Origin: a virus
IMG/VR virus record: IMGVR_UViG_3300037247_000847
Coordinates: 31,948 to 95,947 of that record
Direction: 5' to 3' (one strand)
Length of the DNA stretch: 64,000 bases
Notes under the pieces: generated by a model
Databases searched by the model: none
What the model saw: the letters and a program-made list of their open reading frames with translations, nothing else
Told to the model about the DNA's origin: nothing
Made by a program: the position numbers and the translations under genes
Shown: piece after piece, positions 18,007 to 28,300 of the stretch
Layout of the letters: the number at the start of each line of letters is the position of its first letter
Position numbering within the stretch: position 1 is the stretch's first letter

Positions 18007-18571
18007 GGGGCGACCTCAAAATATTAATCGTTTGGCTGAAGCTTTTCGGGACACTGGAGTAACAACGCCCGTTCGGTTACGGCTCGATGATGATGATCCG
18101 TGCGGATATGTTTGTCCAGCTCACTGGGAAGTAGTTACTGGGCCGCGAGCACCTTTAAGCCAATACTACAACGAAGTGTTTGATCGCAGCCTCGATTGGT
18201 ACGGGCTCTTTGCCGACGATGTAGTACCAGAAACGCCGTACTGGGATATACTTCTAATCGAAGCTGCCGGTTCCGATGGTGTAGCTTATGGTAATGATGG
18301 GATTGGTACTAGGCCAACACACTTTGTGGTCGGTGGGCAGCTTGCCCGCGAGATTGGCTGGCTGGCGCTGCCTGGCTTATCACGTATCTACATCGACACG
18401 GTTTGGCACGATATCGCGACCAAGCGCAACGTGTTGCGGTTTCTTCCTGATGTTCGGATTCCGCATCTGCATTTTTCTAACCGGCTGGCGTTGTTCGACC
18501 GAACGTATCGCAAGTCTACTAAGGACCAGGACCGCGCTCTCTATCAGGCGTGGCGCAATCGAGAAGGATGA
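17987..18571 (+). CDS. GT2-like GT-A glycosyltransferase
   Basis: WIIPSRGRP N-terminus, FADDVVP (DxD-like), Y.D..W, HLH; start approximate. Confidence 0.65.
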   Translation: MWIIPSRGRPQNINRLAEAFRDTGVTTPVRLRLDDDDPCGYVCPAHWEVVTGPRAPLSQYYNEVFDRSLDWYGLFADDVVPETPYWDILLIEAAGSDGVAYGNDGIGTRPTHFVVGGQLAREIGWLALPGLSRIYIDTVWHDIATKRNVLRFLPDVRIPHLHFSNRLALFDRTYRKSTKDQDRALYQAWRNREG

Positions 18572-19101
18572 GTATCATGAGACAGGCGAAACGGGTGTTA
18601 AAGCCGCAGGTCATAAATGTGTTTGATAATGCGGTTGTGCAGGTAAAATGTATACCTAGTGAGGACGAAATCGACGTTGCGACCCTCTTGGGTCATTCAT
18701 TAGCACGATTCGAGTTTATTATTGGTACGTCGTTCGATCTACAATTTCTTTCTATGGACGGATCACAGTTGCTAGGTATCCGTCGTTATATTGTTAATGA
18801 GGTGACGGACAGAATAGCTGTCAATGATGTTAATCACTACCAAACATTGTCAAAGACAGTTTTTGATCGGAAGTGTGAACCTATTGGAGATTGGTTCTTT
18901 TTCCATGAGGAGGGTAATCAACTACAAAAAAATCTTGTAGGTGATAAACCTAATAATAAGACTAAAGACTTTCGTAATATGAGTGTAGCCGATCTCCAGG
19001 GTACTATGAAGGGATTGAGAGGGAGTGGATTTAAAGTAGGTACTAAACACGGCGCAATGGTTAAAGCTATTCGTAAGCACCTATCGACTGTCCAGGAGTA
19101 G
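18568..19101 (+). CDS. Hypothetical protein
   Basis: 177 aa ORF coupled to the upstream gene, before tail tube A. Confidence 0.65.
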   Translation: MSIMRQAKRVLKPQVINVFDNAVVQVKCIPSEDEIDVATLLGHSLARFEFIIGTSFDLQFLSMDGSQLLGIRRYIVNEVTDRIAVNDVNHYQTLSKTVFDRKCEPIGDWFFFHEEGNQLQKNLVGDKPNNKTKDFRNMSVADLQGTMKGLRGSGFKVGTKHGAMVKAIRKHLSTVQE

Positions 19102-19106
19102 TATCA

Positions 19107-19727
19107 ATGACTTCTGATATTGATGTAGTTAATGTGGCTCTTCGACGTGTTAGTGCAAGCCGAATTACTTCATTTACGGAAGATTCAGCGTCAGCTACCG
19201 TAGCTAATGATCTTTATGATGAGGTCTTAGACGATCTTCTTCGTCAGCACGCTTGGAACTTTGCTACGAAGAGAGCAAAACTAGCCCAACTATCGGAAAC
19301 TCCTACCTTTGAGTTCGATCATGCTTATACGATGCCACCAGACTGGATTAGAACAATATCAGTACACCCGAATTCAGCAGGTGCTGGTACTATGTTTTAT
19401 CGAGAAGAGCAACTTGATGATAAACGGGTGATACTTACGAGTGCTGATGAAGTATATTTACGCTATATAGTCAGGGTTACAGATCCCAACTTGTGGCCAC
19501 CAGACTTTAGAAATGCATTTAGTATGACTTTATCTCGCGACTTTGCAATACCGCTTGGCAATTCTAACACTATGCATGCTAGTTTTGACAGACTTAGTAG
19601 GAGTGCTCTAGCTAGAGCACGCTCTACTGATGCGATGGGATCTTCACCAGAGAGACGACCACGTGGCTCTTGGGTGACGCGGAGGGGTGGTCCCTCGAGA
19701 CCAATTGTTGGTAATACAACTACGTAG
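19107..19727 (+). CDS. Tail tubular protein A (T7 gp11-like adaptor)
   Basis: N.AL..V...I.SF.E.S..A, LLRQHAWNFATKR, Y.MP.D.IR, LRYI..VTDP. Confidence 0.85.
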   Translation: MTSDIDVVNVALRRVSASRITSFTEDSASATVANDLYDEVLDDLLRQHAWNFATKRAKLAQLSETPTFEFDHAYTMPPDWIRTISVHPNSAGAGTMFYREEQLDDKRVILTSADEVYLRYIVRVTDPNLWPPDFRNAFSMTLSRDFAIPLGNSNTMHASFDRLSRSALARARSTDAMGSSPERRPRGSWVTRRGGPSRPIVGNTTT

Positions 19728-19753
19728 GTATGGGTATTTAGAAGGATCGTAAT

Positions 19754-22700
19754 ATGACGAAAATAGATCCCCTCCAAGCCTCATTTAATGCTGGGGAACT
19801 GAGCCCACGTCTGCATGCTAGAACAGATTTTGTCAAATACCCATCTGGATTAGAAGAGTGTCAAAATCTTATTCCTCTACCTGAAGGTGGTTTAACCCGT
19901 AGGCCAGGCACACGATTTGTTGCTGAAGTAGCAGACTCTGCCGTAAAAGGTCGACTGTTCGGTTTTGAGGCAACTGCAGAGCAACATCACGTATTAGAGT
20001 TAGGTGAGAACAAAATACGGTTTTATTTTCGTCAGGGTCAACAGGTTGTCTTAGATACCGATGCAGTGATTACTAACGGACTGTTTCCGTCAGATATATC
20101 TGATTGGGATGATCGCTCGACTGGTGGTGCTGGTAATCAGATAAGTCACGATGCTACGAACGATCGTCTGACATTGGAGACTAGTGGTGTAGCAGCAGAT
20201 GATATAGGCTGGGCGGAGCAGGATGTTACTACTACAGATACTGACCAAGAACATGTTATAAAATTTGAGGTAATTGGTGATCCAGGTGATAAGATTGAGT
20301 TTCAAGTTGGAACTACTTCAACTGGGTCAGAGACACTTGGTCCTGTAGAGAAATTGGTGGGATTCCATTGTGTTGCCTTTACTCCTACAACGTCACCGTT
20401 CTACATTCAATTCCGTAATCTCGGTAGTAATGCTGATAAAGACATTCAAATTGATAACGTGTCTATCATTGATAATTCAGCATTAGAAATAGACTCCCCT
20501 TATGTAGAGTTGCAACTTTTTCAGATAATGGGTGCACAGTCCAATGATGTTAAATATCTTTTCCGTTCTGGTGTAGCACCTTATAAATTAGAGCGACGTG
20601 AGCTTGCCTCCTGGTCTCTGATTAGGGTTGCTTGGCAGGATGGTCCATATATTACGCAAAATACTACAGCAACTACCCTAACTCCAGCAGCTACTAGTGG
20701 AGTTGCAGTTACGATAACAGCTTCCTCTATTGTAGGTATTAATGATGGCCTAGGTTTTTTATCAACAGATGTAGGTCGACTCGTACGAATTGATAACGGT
20801 GCATTTTGGGGATGGGGTATAATTGTTACTTTCACAAGCACCACAAGCGTTGATATTCATGTAAAGAAAGACTTTGCAGATACTATCGCAACTGTTGATT
20901 GGAGATTAGGCGCGTGGTCAGATACTACTGGGTGGCCAAAGACAGGTGGATTTTTTGAGCAGCGTTTATATGTAGCAAGTACTGATGATCAATCACAAAC
21001 CTTATGGGGCTCTCAAACTGGAGACTTTGAAAATTTCAAACCAGATGATGATACTGGTACAATAGAAGCTGATGACGCTCTTAACTTTACCCTCTCAGCT
21101 GATAGTGTCAATGAGATTCGCTGGATGTCAGCTGGAGAAGACACTCTAGCTATCGGTACTACAGGTGGGGAATGGGTACCATCAGCAAGTGGTATTGTTA
21201 TAACACCTTTGGATATTACTATTCGTCGACAGACTACACATGGATCAGCTTTGATTGCTCCACTTAGAATTGATCACGTAGTCTTGTTCGTACAAAGGGC
21301 CAGGCGCAAAATTCGTGAGTTCGTATTCAACTTTGAGATCGATAGTTTTCTAGCACCTGATCTTACTAGGTTAGCTCAGCATATTACTGCTCCTAGTATA
21401 AATGAAATGGCTTTCCAGCAAGAGCCAGATAGTCTAGTATGGATAATACGCTCAGACGGAGTAATGGCATCTCTAACTTTTAGAAGAGATGAAGACGTTG
21501 TTGGTTGGGCGAGGCATGTTATAGGTGGTTCGGGATCCACAGGTGCGGAAGGGAGTTTTGAGATTACTGGAGGCTCGGTGGGCGCAAGTAATCAGATAAC
21601 ATCCATCACGGTTGCAGGGGAAGAAATTCTTGCCGCGCCAGCCACTTGGGCGGAGAGCAACGAAGTCACCGCCGAATGGATCAAGACCATTGTTGGTACG
21701 TTCATCAAGTTACCACCGGGGCCTGACGTTAATTCCTTCAATCCGGTCGAGAACAATTTTCAATCGGGCATGGCCTTCTCCTCTGATGGCACGAAGATGT
21801 ACCTTAACGTGGGGGCCAATAACGAAATCAGTCAGTATTCTCTTTCCACCCCCAGGGACATAACAACGGCAACTCTTGATGCCGAGACCTTTGATTACAG
21901 CACCGGCGTAGCGTGGGAATCGGAAACCCTCGCCGGTGGTGATGGTACGTCACAATTCGGGTTTGGTGATCCAATCGGCATCACGTTTTCTCCAGATGGC
22001 CAAACGCTTTGGTTCTGTGACAATACATACAAAACCATATACAAAGTCGCGCTGGCTACCGCCTGGGATATATCAACCGGGACGCATACCTACGGGCAAA
22101 GGTGGCGTGTTCCTAGCGGTCGCCGGCCGCAGAGTGTGGATTTCAATAACGATGGCACCAAGATATATGTCTTTGATGACAACACCGTAATTCGCGAATA
22201 CAATCTTTCCTCCGCGTATAATATCCAAGGTGGCGCTTACGGCGGTGTTGAATTTGATCCGGAGGATCAAGTTACTATTGCTGGGGAGGTGAGTTCGGTT
22301 TTCCATCCTAATGGATATCAATTCTTTGTTCTCGGCGTTAATGACGGAACAATCTATCAATACTCTATGCGAACGCAGTGGGATTTATCCACGGCAATTT
22401 ACGATGTTAGAACTTTTGTTCCCGGCAGCGTCCAGCCCCAACCAAAGGTGATGGCCATCAGCCCCGATGGTGGAATAATTTATGTGGCTAGCATTAATAA
22501 CAGTGCTATTGTTACCCAGTATTCATTCATCACAGCACTCTACGTCGTGAACGTGATTGGTAGCACGGTGACTATATCTACGGTCAGTGGTTTCACAGGT
22601 GCAGGTTCGGAAGTCGTGATTATAACGACTGGAGATATGACGGTTGATAGTAGTTCTTTTTCCTTGGTCTCGACTGGTATCTCGCTGTCGAACTCGGTCA

Positions 22701-23377
22701 TAACTATCTCTGGTAACGATGATCCAGGCCAGGTGCAAAACTCGGAAGATCGTAATGAGGTTTGGATTTTGATCGAGAGAACCATAAATGGTGAAACCAA
22801 GCGGTACGTGGAGTTTTTTGAGGGTTATTATGATAATCTTCTACACGACCAAGAGGATGCCTACTATGCAGACTCTATCATTACTTACGATGGGTTATCA
22901 ACCAATATTATTACTGGTCTTAATCATCTTGAGGGTGAGACCGTAAAAGTTTGGGGTGATGGAGCTATTTTACCAGATGTAGTAGTATCTAATGGACAGG
23001 TAACTCTATCAACTGCTGTAAAGGTTGCACAAATTGGATTGGCATATACACATCGTCTTAAAACTTTGAAAGTAGAAGGTGGGAATCCTGCTGGAACTGC
23101 TATGGGTAAGAAAAAGCGTATTAATAGTATAACTTTCGTCCTACAGAATAGTCATACTCTTACCTTTGGTCCTGACGACAATAATCTCTTCGAGACAGAT
23201 TTCAGACTGGTTAGTGATCCTATGGACGCTGGGGTACCTTTGTTTACTGGTGAACAATTTAGGGGATTTGATGGTGGTCTGGCTACTGATACACGGATTA
23301 TTGTGGAATCAGACGATCCAGCACCTTTCACACTTCTTGCAATGATACCGGAAATAAAAGTTAATCCTTCTAAATAG
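19754..23377 (+). CDS. Tail tubular protein B / nozzle (T7 gp12-like) with two inserted domains
   Basis: Q.SFNAGELSP.L..RTD, GG..RRPGT.FV, FFEQRL, GT.GGEW, VLFVQR, GWARH, GLNHLEGETV, GLAYT. Confidence 0.88.
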   Translation: MTKIDPLQASFNAGELSPRLHARTDFVKYPSGLEECQNLIPLPEGGLTRRPGTRFVAEVADSAVKGRLFGFEATAEQHHVLELGENKIRFYFRQGQQVVLDTDAVITNGLFPSDISDWDDRSTGGAGNQISHDATNDRLTLETSGVAADDIGWAEQDVTTTDTDQEHVIKFEVIGDPGDKIEFQVGTTSTGSETLGPVEKLVGFHCVAFTPTTSPFYIQFRNLGSNADKDIQIDNVSIIDNSALEIDSPYVELQLFQIMGAQSNDVKYLFRSGVAPYKLERRELASWSLIRVAWQDGPYITQNTTATTLTPAATSGVAVTITASSIVGINDGLGFLSTDVGRLVRIDNGAFWGWGIIVTFTSTTSVDIHVKKDFADTIATVDWRLGAWSDTTGWPKTGGFFEQRLYVASTDDQSQTLWGSQTGDFENFKPDDDTGTIEADDALNFTLSADSVNEIRWMSAGEDTLAIGTTGGEWVPSASGIVITPLDITIRRQTTHGSALIAPLRIDHVVLFVQRARRKIREFVFNFEIDSFLAPDLTRLAQHITAPSINEMAFQQEPDSLVWIIRSDGVMASLTFRRDEDVVGWARHVIGGSGSTGAEGSFEITGGSVGASNQITSITVAGEEILAAPATWAESNEVTAEWIKTIVGTFIKLPPGPDVNSFNPVENNFQSGMAFSSDGTKMYLNVGANNEISQYSLSTPRDITTATLDAETFDYSTGVAWESETLAGGDGTSQFGFGDPIGITFSPDGQTLWFCDNTYKTIYKVALATAWDISTGTHTYGQRWRVPSGRRPQSVDFNNDGTKIYVFDDNTVIREYNLSSAYNIQGGAYGGVEFDPEDQVTIAGEVSSVFHPNGYQFFVLGVNDGTIYQYSMRTQWDLSTAIYDVRTFVPGSVQPQPKVMAISPDGGIIYVASINNSAIVTQYSFITALYVVNVIGSTVTISTVSGFTGAGSEVVIITTGDMTVDSSSFSLVSTGISLSNSVITISGNDDPGQVQNSEDRNEVWILIERTINGETKRYVEFFEGYYDNLLHDQEDAYYADSIITYDGLSTNIITGLNHLEGETVKVWGDGAILPDVVVSNGQVTLSTAVKVAQIGLAYTHRLKTLKVEGGNPAGTAMGKKKRINSITFVLQNSHTLTFGPDDNNLFETDFRLVSDPMDAGVPLFTGEQFRGFDGGLATDTRIIVESDDPAPFTLLAMIPEIKVNPSK

Positions 23378-23392
23378 GGTGGAGAAATCTGA

Positions 23393-24742
23393 ATGACCTT
23401 AACAGCAGGAAACCGTGTTCGATATAATGGTGATGACGTCACCATTTCTTTCCCTATTACGTTCGTCTTTTGGAAACCTGATGACCCACAAGCCACACTG
23501 GCCGACGTCGATGGTGTAGAAACGACTTGGATTAGGGGTACACATTATACCATATCAGGTGGCTCAGGATCGTCTGGTACGTTAACGGTTATTACCTTAC
23601 CAACCGATTACACTCCTGCTACGGGTGAAACGCTTACAATCAAATCTGATCTTGCTAATACACAACCTAGTAAATTTCCGTTAGGTGGACCTTTTCCGTC
23701 TGTCGCTGTGGAACTACAGCTTGACCAAATCGTCCGTCAAATACAGCAAATATCCGAGGAGATTAGTCGCTCTATTCAGCTCAAGATTTCTTCTTCAGAG
23801 AGTGATATTTTCATTGATGATCTCTTAGGTAATGCCGCCAAGTTCCTTCGGGTTAAAACCGCCGAAGAAGGGATTGAGCTCGCTGCAGTCGTACCAAGTG
23901 GTTCGATTGGTGTTCCAGTAGCAGTTAATGAGGGTGGCACAGCTGCCACCACCGCAGCGATTGCGTTGACTAATCTAGGGGCGGCTGGGACAGGTATTAC
24001 CAACACCTTTATCAAAAACCAAGTATGGAATAAGGGTGCCGATTTGACTAGTGCCACCCCATTGGTGCTTGGATCGGATGGCAATTTCTGGGATGTAGCT
24101 GGCACGATTGGGTTCTCTCAAATCACATGTACGGCTGGCACTCTGTTCATGTTACAGTTCGACGACGCGCTTATCATGACTGATGGTGCGAATCTCGATT
24201 TAGGTGGGACTAATATTACTACGGCGACCGGGGACCGGGGGTTGTTCTTCGCCATCGCGGCCGATACGGCGATACTGCTTACCTTCAAGCACGAATCGCA
24301 GCGGCGGGTCATTAACAGCCACGCCAAAATCGGAGCTACGGCAGGCTGGGCAGTCAATACCACAGACGATATTGGGTTGCTTGCGACCTGTCCAGCTTCG
24401 CAGACGAATTCTACGCTGGTCGTGCCGGTATCAGGTCTCAAGGTAGGGGATAAGATCACCTCATTCAGTATTGTAGGTCAGATCGAGAGTGGTGGTAATG
24501 CGGTGACTCTCGATGCTAATCTGCGCAAGATGACCGCTGCCACATCAGATGTGACTGATGCTTCGGTGGGTTCAATTACACAGATTTCTGTCACGGCGGA
24601 TGCTATTATAAGCGCCGAAAAAACTGGACTTACAGAAGTTGTGGGGGCTAACGAGACTTTTTACATTTTACTTACTGCCACTACTCTAGGTTCGACTGAT
24701 ATCGCACTGCAAGGTGCTACCATCACGGTTTCCGAGGGATAA
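23393..24742 (+). CDS. Tail fibre/spike with T7 gp17-like N-terminal anchor
   Basis: YNGDDVTISFPITF ... VELQLDQIVRQIQQ anchor, GGTAATTA linker, beta-rich C-terminus. Confidence 0.78.
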   Translation: MTLTAGNRVRYNGDDVTISFPITFVFWKPDDPQATLADVDGVETTWIRGTHYTISGGSGSSGTLTVITLPTDYTPATGETLTIKSDLANTQPSKFPLGGPFPSVAVELQLDQIVRQIQQISEEISRSIQLKISSSESDIFIDDLLGNAAKFLRVKTAEEGIELAAVVPSGSIGVPVAVNEGGTAATTAAIALTNLGAAGTGITNTFIKNQVWNKGADLTSATPLVLGSDGNFWDVAGTIGFSQITCTAGTLFMLQFDDALIMTDGANLDLGGTNITTATGDRGLFFAIAADTAILLTFKHESQRRVINSHAKIGATAGWAVNTTDDIGLLATCPASQTNSTLVVPVSGLKVGDKITSFSIVGQIESGGNAVTLDANLRKMTAATSDVTDASVGSITQISVTADAIISAEKTGLTEVVGANETFYILLTATTLGSTDIALQGATITVSEG

Positions 24743-24796
24743 TGTAGTGATAAATATACGTAAAGTAGTTACATCTTATAGGGGGGTTATATCACT

Positions 24797-25315
24797 ATGT
24801 CGTTAGCAAGTGTAATTTCTGGTGTATCTACGTTAGTTTCTGTTGTAGGATCTATTGTTAAAGGTAATGCAGCAGCTAAACGAGTTAAAGCAGAGGCTGA
24901 AGCAGGAGCTAGACAAAGTGAGGCACAAGCTGCAGCCGATCGTGAGCAGGCCGCGCGTGAAAGAGAGGTAGCAGCGCAACAAGAAGGAGATTTTCGTTCA
25001 AGACAACGTTTTGCTGCTGGTGCTATAAGAGCAGCGGTTGGTGCGCGTGGTGTTATGACTGACGTAGGTTCTATCTTACTAACGGCGGAAGATTTTGCTA
25101 GGCAGTCTGAAATTCAAGCCCTGCGTATTCGTGAGGGTGGTGAAGTTAGATCTTCAAGACTAGAACAACAAGCTGATCTCTTAACTAGCCAGGCTGGCTC
25201 CATACGCTCGTTAGGTAGTTCGAGGGCTTCTGCGGCTCGTACCGCTGGATTTTTTGGGGCTGGAACTAGTCTCCTAAGCGGTGGTTTCCGTACAGCTAGG
25301 ATCTTGCAGGAATAA
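24797..25315 (+). CDS. Small internal virion (ejection) protein
   Basis: Ala/Gly-rich hydrophobic ends with a central coiled coil; position after the fibre gene. Confidence 0.65.
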   Translation: MSLASVISGVSTLVSVVGSIVKGNAAAKRVKAEAEAGARQSEAQAAADREQAAREREVAAQQEGDFRSRQRFAAGAIRAAVGARGVMTDVGSILLTAEDFARQSEIQALRIREGGEVRSSRLEQQADLLTSQAGSIRSLGSSRASAARTAGFFGAGTSLLSGGFRTARILQE

Positions 25316-25342
25316 TAAACTCTAATAGAAGAGGATAATATT

Positions 25343-28300
25343 GTGGTTAGGATCGCTCCTTCAGGTGGCAGAACTCGTAGAAAAGGTGGAGCCATCTCAT
25401 TAGCAGGTGCTGACGTACCCATTGTAACACCTGCTCGAGACCCTGGGCTAAACGTTCCCCTTATTCCAATCCCAGGAGGTGAAATGGGGGGTGTTATAGG
25501 GGAGGGACTTCAGTCTTTAGGGAATGTACTTGATCAGGGTGCTAATCTAGCTTTACAGGTGGTTCAACGCGATGAGGGTCTAGCTAGAGACGCTGACGAG
25601 ACTTCATATTCTGACACATTGCAGGATACAATTAGGGATCTTCAGAAAACAGCTGATCTTTCAGACAGCGCACTGGTAGAAGCTGCTGGTGAAAAGATGT
25701 TTCAGGAGAAGATGCGTATCCTAAGTGAGCACAAGGGTGGGAAAATAAGTAGCACTCTACTCGATAATCGCCTAACAAAAATGCATAATCGTTTCGCTGA
25801 CACACTTGCAGTAATAAATATTAATGCAGCTGATACCCGTTTGAACCTGGCTGTTGATAGGAAAATATCATCTATTGCTAGAGATGTACTCACTGATCCT
25901 GATGTACTTATGTCAGAAGATCCGTTAGAGTCTTTTCGTTTCCATACAGGTCAGCTTGAAGAGGAAATAGATTTCCTTGAGCTTAGACCAGATCAAGCTC
26001 GTATAGTAAGACAGGTTGGGAGGTCTGAGATTGCTTTGTCAATGATTACACCCCTTATCAAAAATGGTCAATTTGAGCGAGCTAAGGTGCTGCTACGAAG
26101 TGATGAGATAGCAGAGGTATTGTCACCTGGGCAGCATCGCGACGCAATACAGAGAGTAATTGATGCAGAAAGAAAATCAGTTGAGGTGAAAAACGAAGGA
26201 CAGGAGTTTCTTAATACAGCTAGGACTATTCTTGGTCCAACTGCTACTGACGATGACGTTCGTGATGCAGCTGCACAGATGGCAGGTATGGAACAAGATG
26301 GGGGATTTAAGATAGTAGATGTGGGGGGAGGTAAAGTTGTTGCTGTAAATGAAGATACTTTAGAAGTTCAGACACTTGTTTCAGGTCCAACTGAAGACGA
26401 GAAAGTTGCGCTAGAGAGTCGATTAGAGAATGCCAGACTTATAGCAAGAAAAGATGTCATGAGTAGTATGGCTGTAGACGCTGGACTTGGTCAGCTGTTT
26501 GGAGTAGCACCAACTGAACCTGTTAGTGGTGAAGGAGAAAAATCTAAACCTGCTGCACCCACTGCAACTGAGAAAGAGGGTGCACCTGCTGGACCAGAAG
26601 TGGTACCACCATTATCCGAGGAGGCTGTTTCTACCCCATTTGGTCCTGAAGAGGAGCCAGCTAGTAGTGATATGCAATCGGTATTAGGCCTAATGGCTCT
26701 TTCACGGAGATTTTTCCTTATTGGTGATAATGTATCAGCAAATGGTTTGCTGAGTCAGGCTCGTATGATCGTAGATAACAGTCGTGAAATACAAGAACAG
26801 AGGGAGCTAGACAAACCAATTACAAATGTGGAAATGCTTAGAGAGCTGGGTCTACCACTTGGTGCAACAATGAGACAGGGTGCTGGTAGAATGCTACAAT
26901 CTGCTGAGCAACTCCAGTCAGTTCGACAGAAGGGTGAGCGTATAACTCTTGATGAGGCACGTGAATTTCAGGTACCTACAACTATTAATAGAGGTGAGTT
27001 AGAGGCTATCCAACGTGATCGAGAGAGATCAGGAGCAGGGTCGGCTGTTCCTCGTACTTTTGAGGAGAAAGCTCAGGCTGGATCTCTTGCTAGTGCACGT
27101 GGTAGGAATCAGGCGCAAGCGGAAGTACAAATGAGATTTGTGTTTGAGACTCATCAGCAGGTTACTGATATATTAGAAGAGATAAAAGATGATCCAACTC
27201 TAGTGGGTACTGTTGGTGCTATGCGTGCTACAGGTCGTACAGCTCTTACCCTGTTAGCCGATCTCGGCTTTGATAATTTCGTAGATGCGGCTAGGGATAT
27301 CGCATCTGACCAGTCCGATTTGGGGGCTGATGAGATATTTGATTTCTTCGATGACCCTTTACTATCGGCTCTTGACCTTTTGTCTAATTCGATTGGTATA
27401 AATCGGGCTCGCTTACGTAATCCCATTGGTCGCGTACCTGTTGAGATTATTAAGAGGTCCATTAAGGATTCTGACCTAACAAAATTTGGTGGTTCCGAAA
27501 AGATTATTGATGTGTTGAATAGAGTTCTTAAGGACGAGCTAGGTCGTCGTAGGAATGTTCTTAAGAAGCAATTCCCAGGTATGTTTGATCCTTTCGAGGA
27601 CGGGGGTGAAATTTCTGAGGAACAAGTTATCCCACCTGGCATTCCTGAGTTCCGTCTTGAGGGTGGTAAATTCGTTCCTGTAATTCCTGATGAAGCCTCA
27701 GGAGGTGGCTCCCCGGAGATCCCTTTTAAGGGTGAAGTGGAACAAGATGAGATTGATAAAGCTCGTTTGGAAGCTGAAGAGCGTTTCCCCTTTATCAAGC
27801 AATTTAGTCAAGTGCAGGTTGCACCCTCAACCGTGCAGAATAAGGGAGGTTTGGGTGAATTTGTCGAGCCAGATAGCCCAGACAATCCTTTACCGGGTCA
27901 GTTTACTATTACTATTGGAGAGGGATCACGAGGCTTACAGGGTGGAGTAGCTGATACGGTTGTCGCCGATATGGTACACGCTGCTGCTGAGTTCAGCCCT
28001 GAATTCCAATCTCTTAAGAAAAAGTTGGTTAAAAGTTTTAGTAAAAGTGAGTTGGAGCTTGCACGACGCAGATACAACGACGACTTTAAGGGAAAGTTTA
28101 CTGGATCAAACTTTTCAACATTTGAAAATTTCCTGGAGAGTTTTTGGACGGAGGGCATGGTTCAGCATCTCTTATTGCCTGAAAATTCTGAAATTGGGTC
28201 TATCCAAAAAAATAATCCGAAGGCAGTTCCCATATTGAACGACATTGAAGCATTGTTCAAGAGAGAGCCGGTTAGTCCTACAGATAGTTCGGGAGAAATT

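Noticed and set aside
23393-24742. BPP-1-type diversity-generating retroelement targeting the fibre
   Set aside because: No reverse transcriptase and no template/variable repeat pair seen in the window
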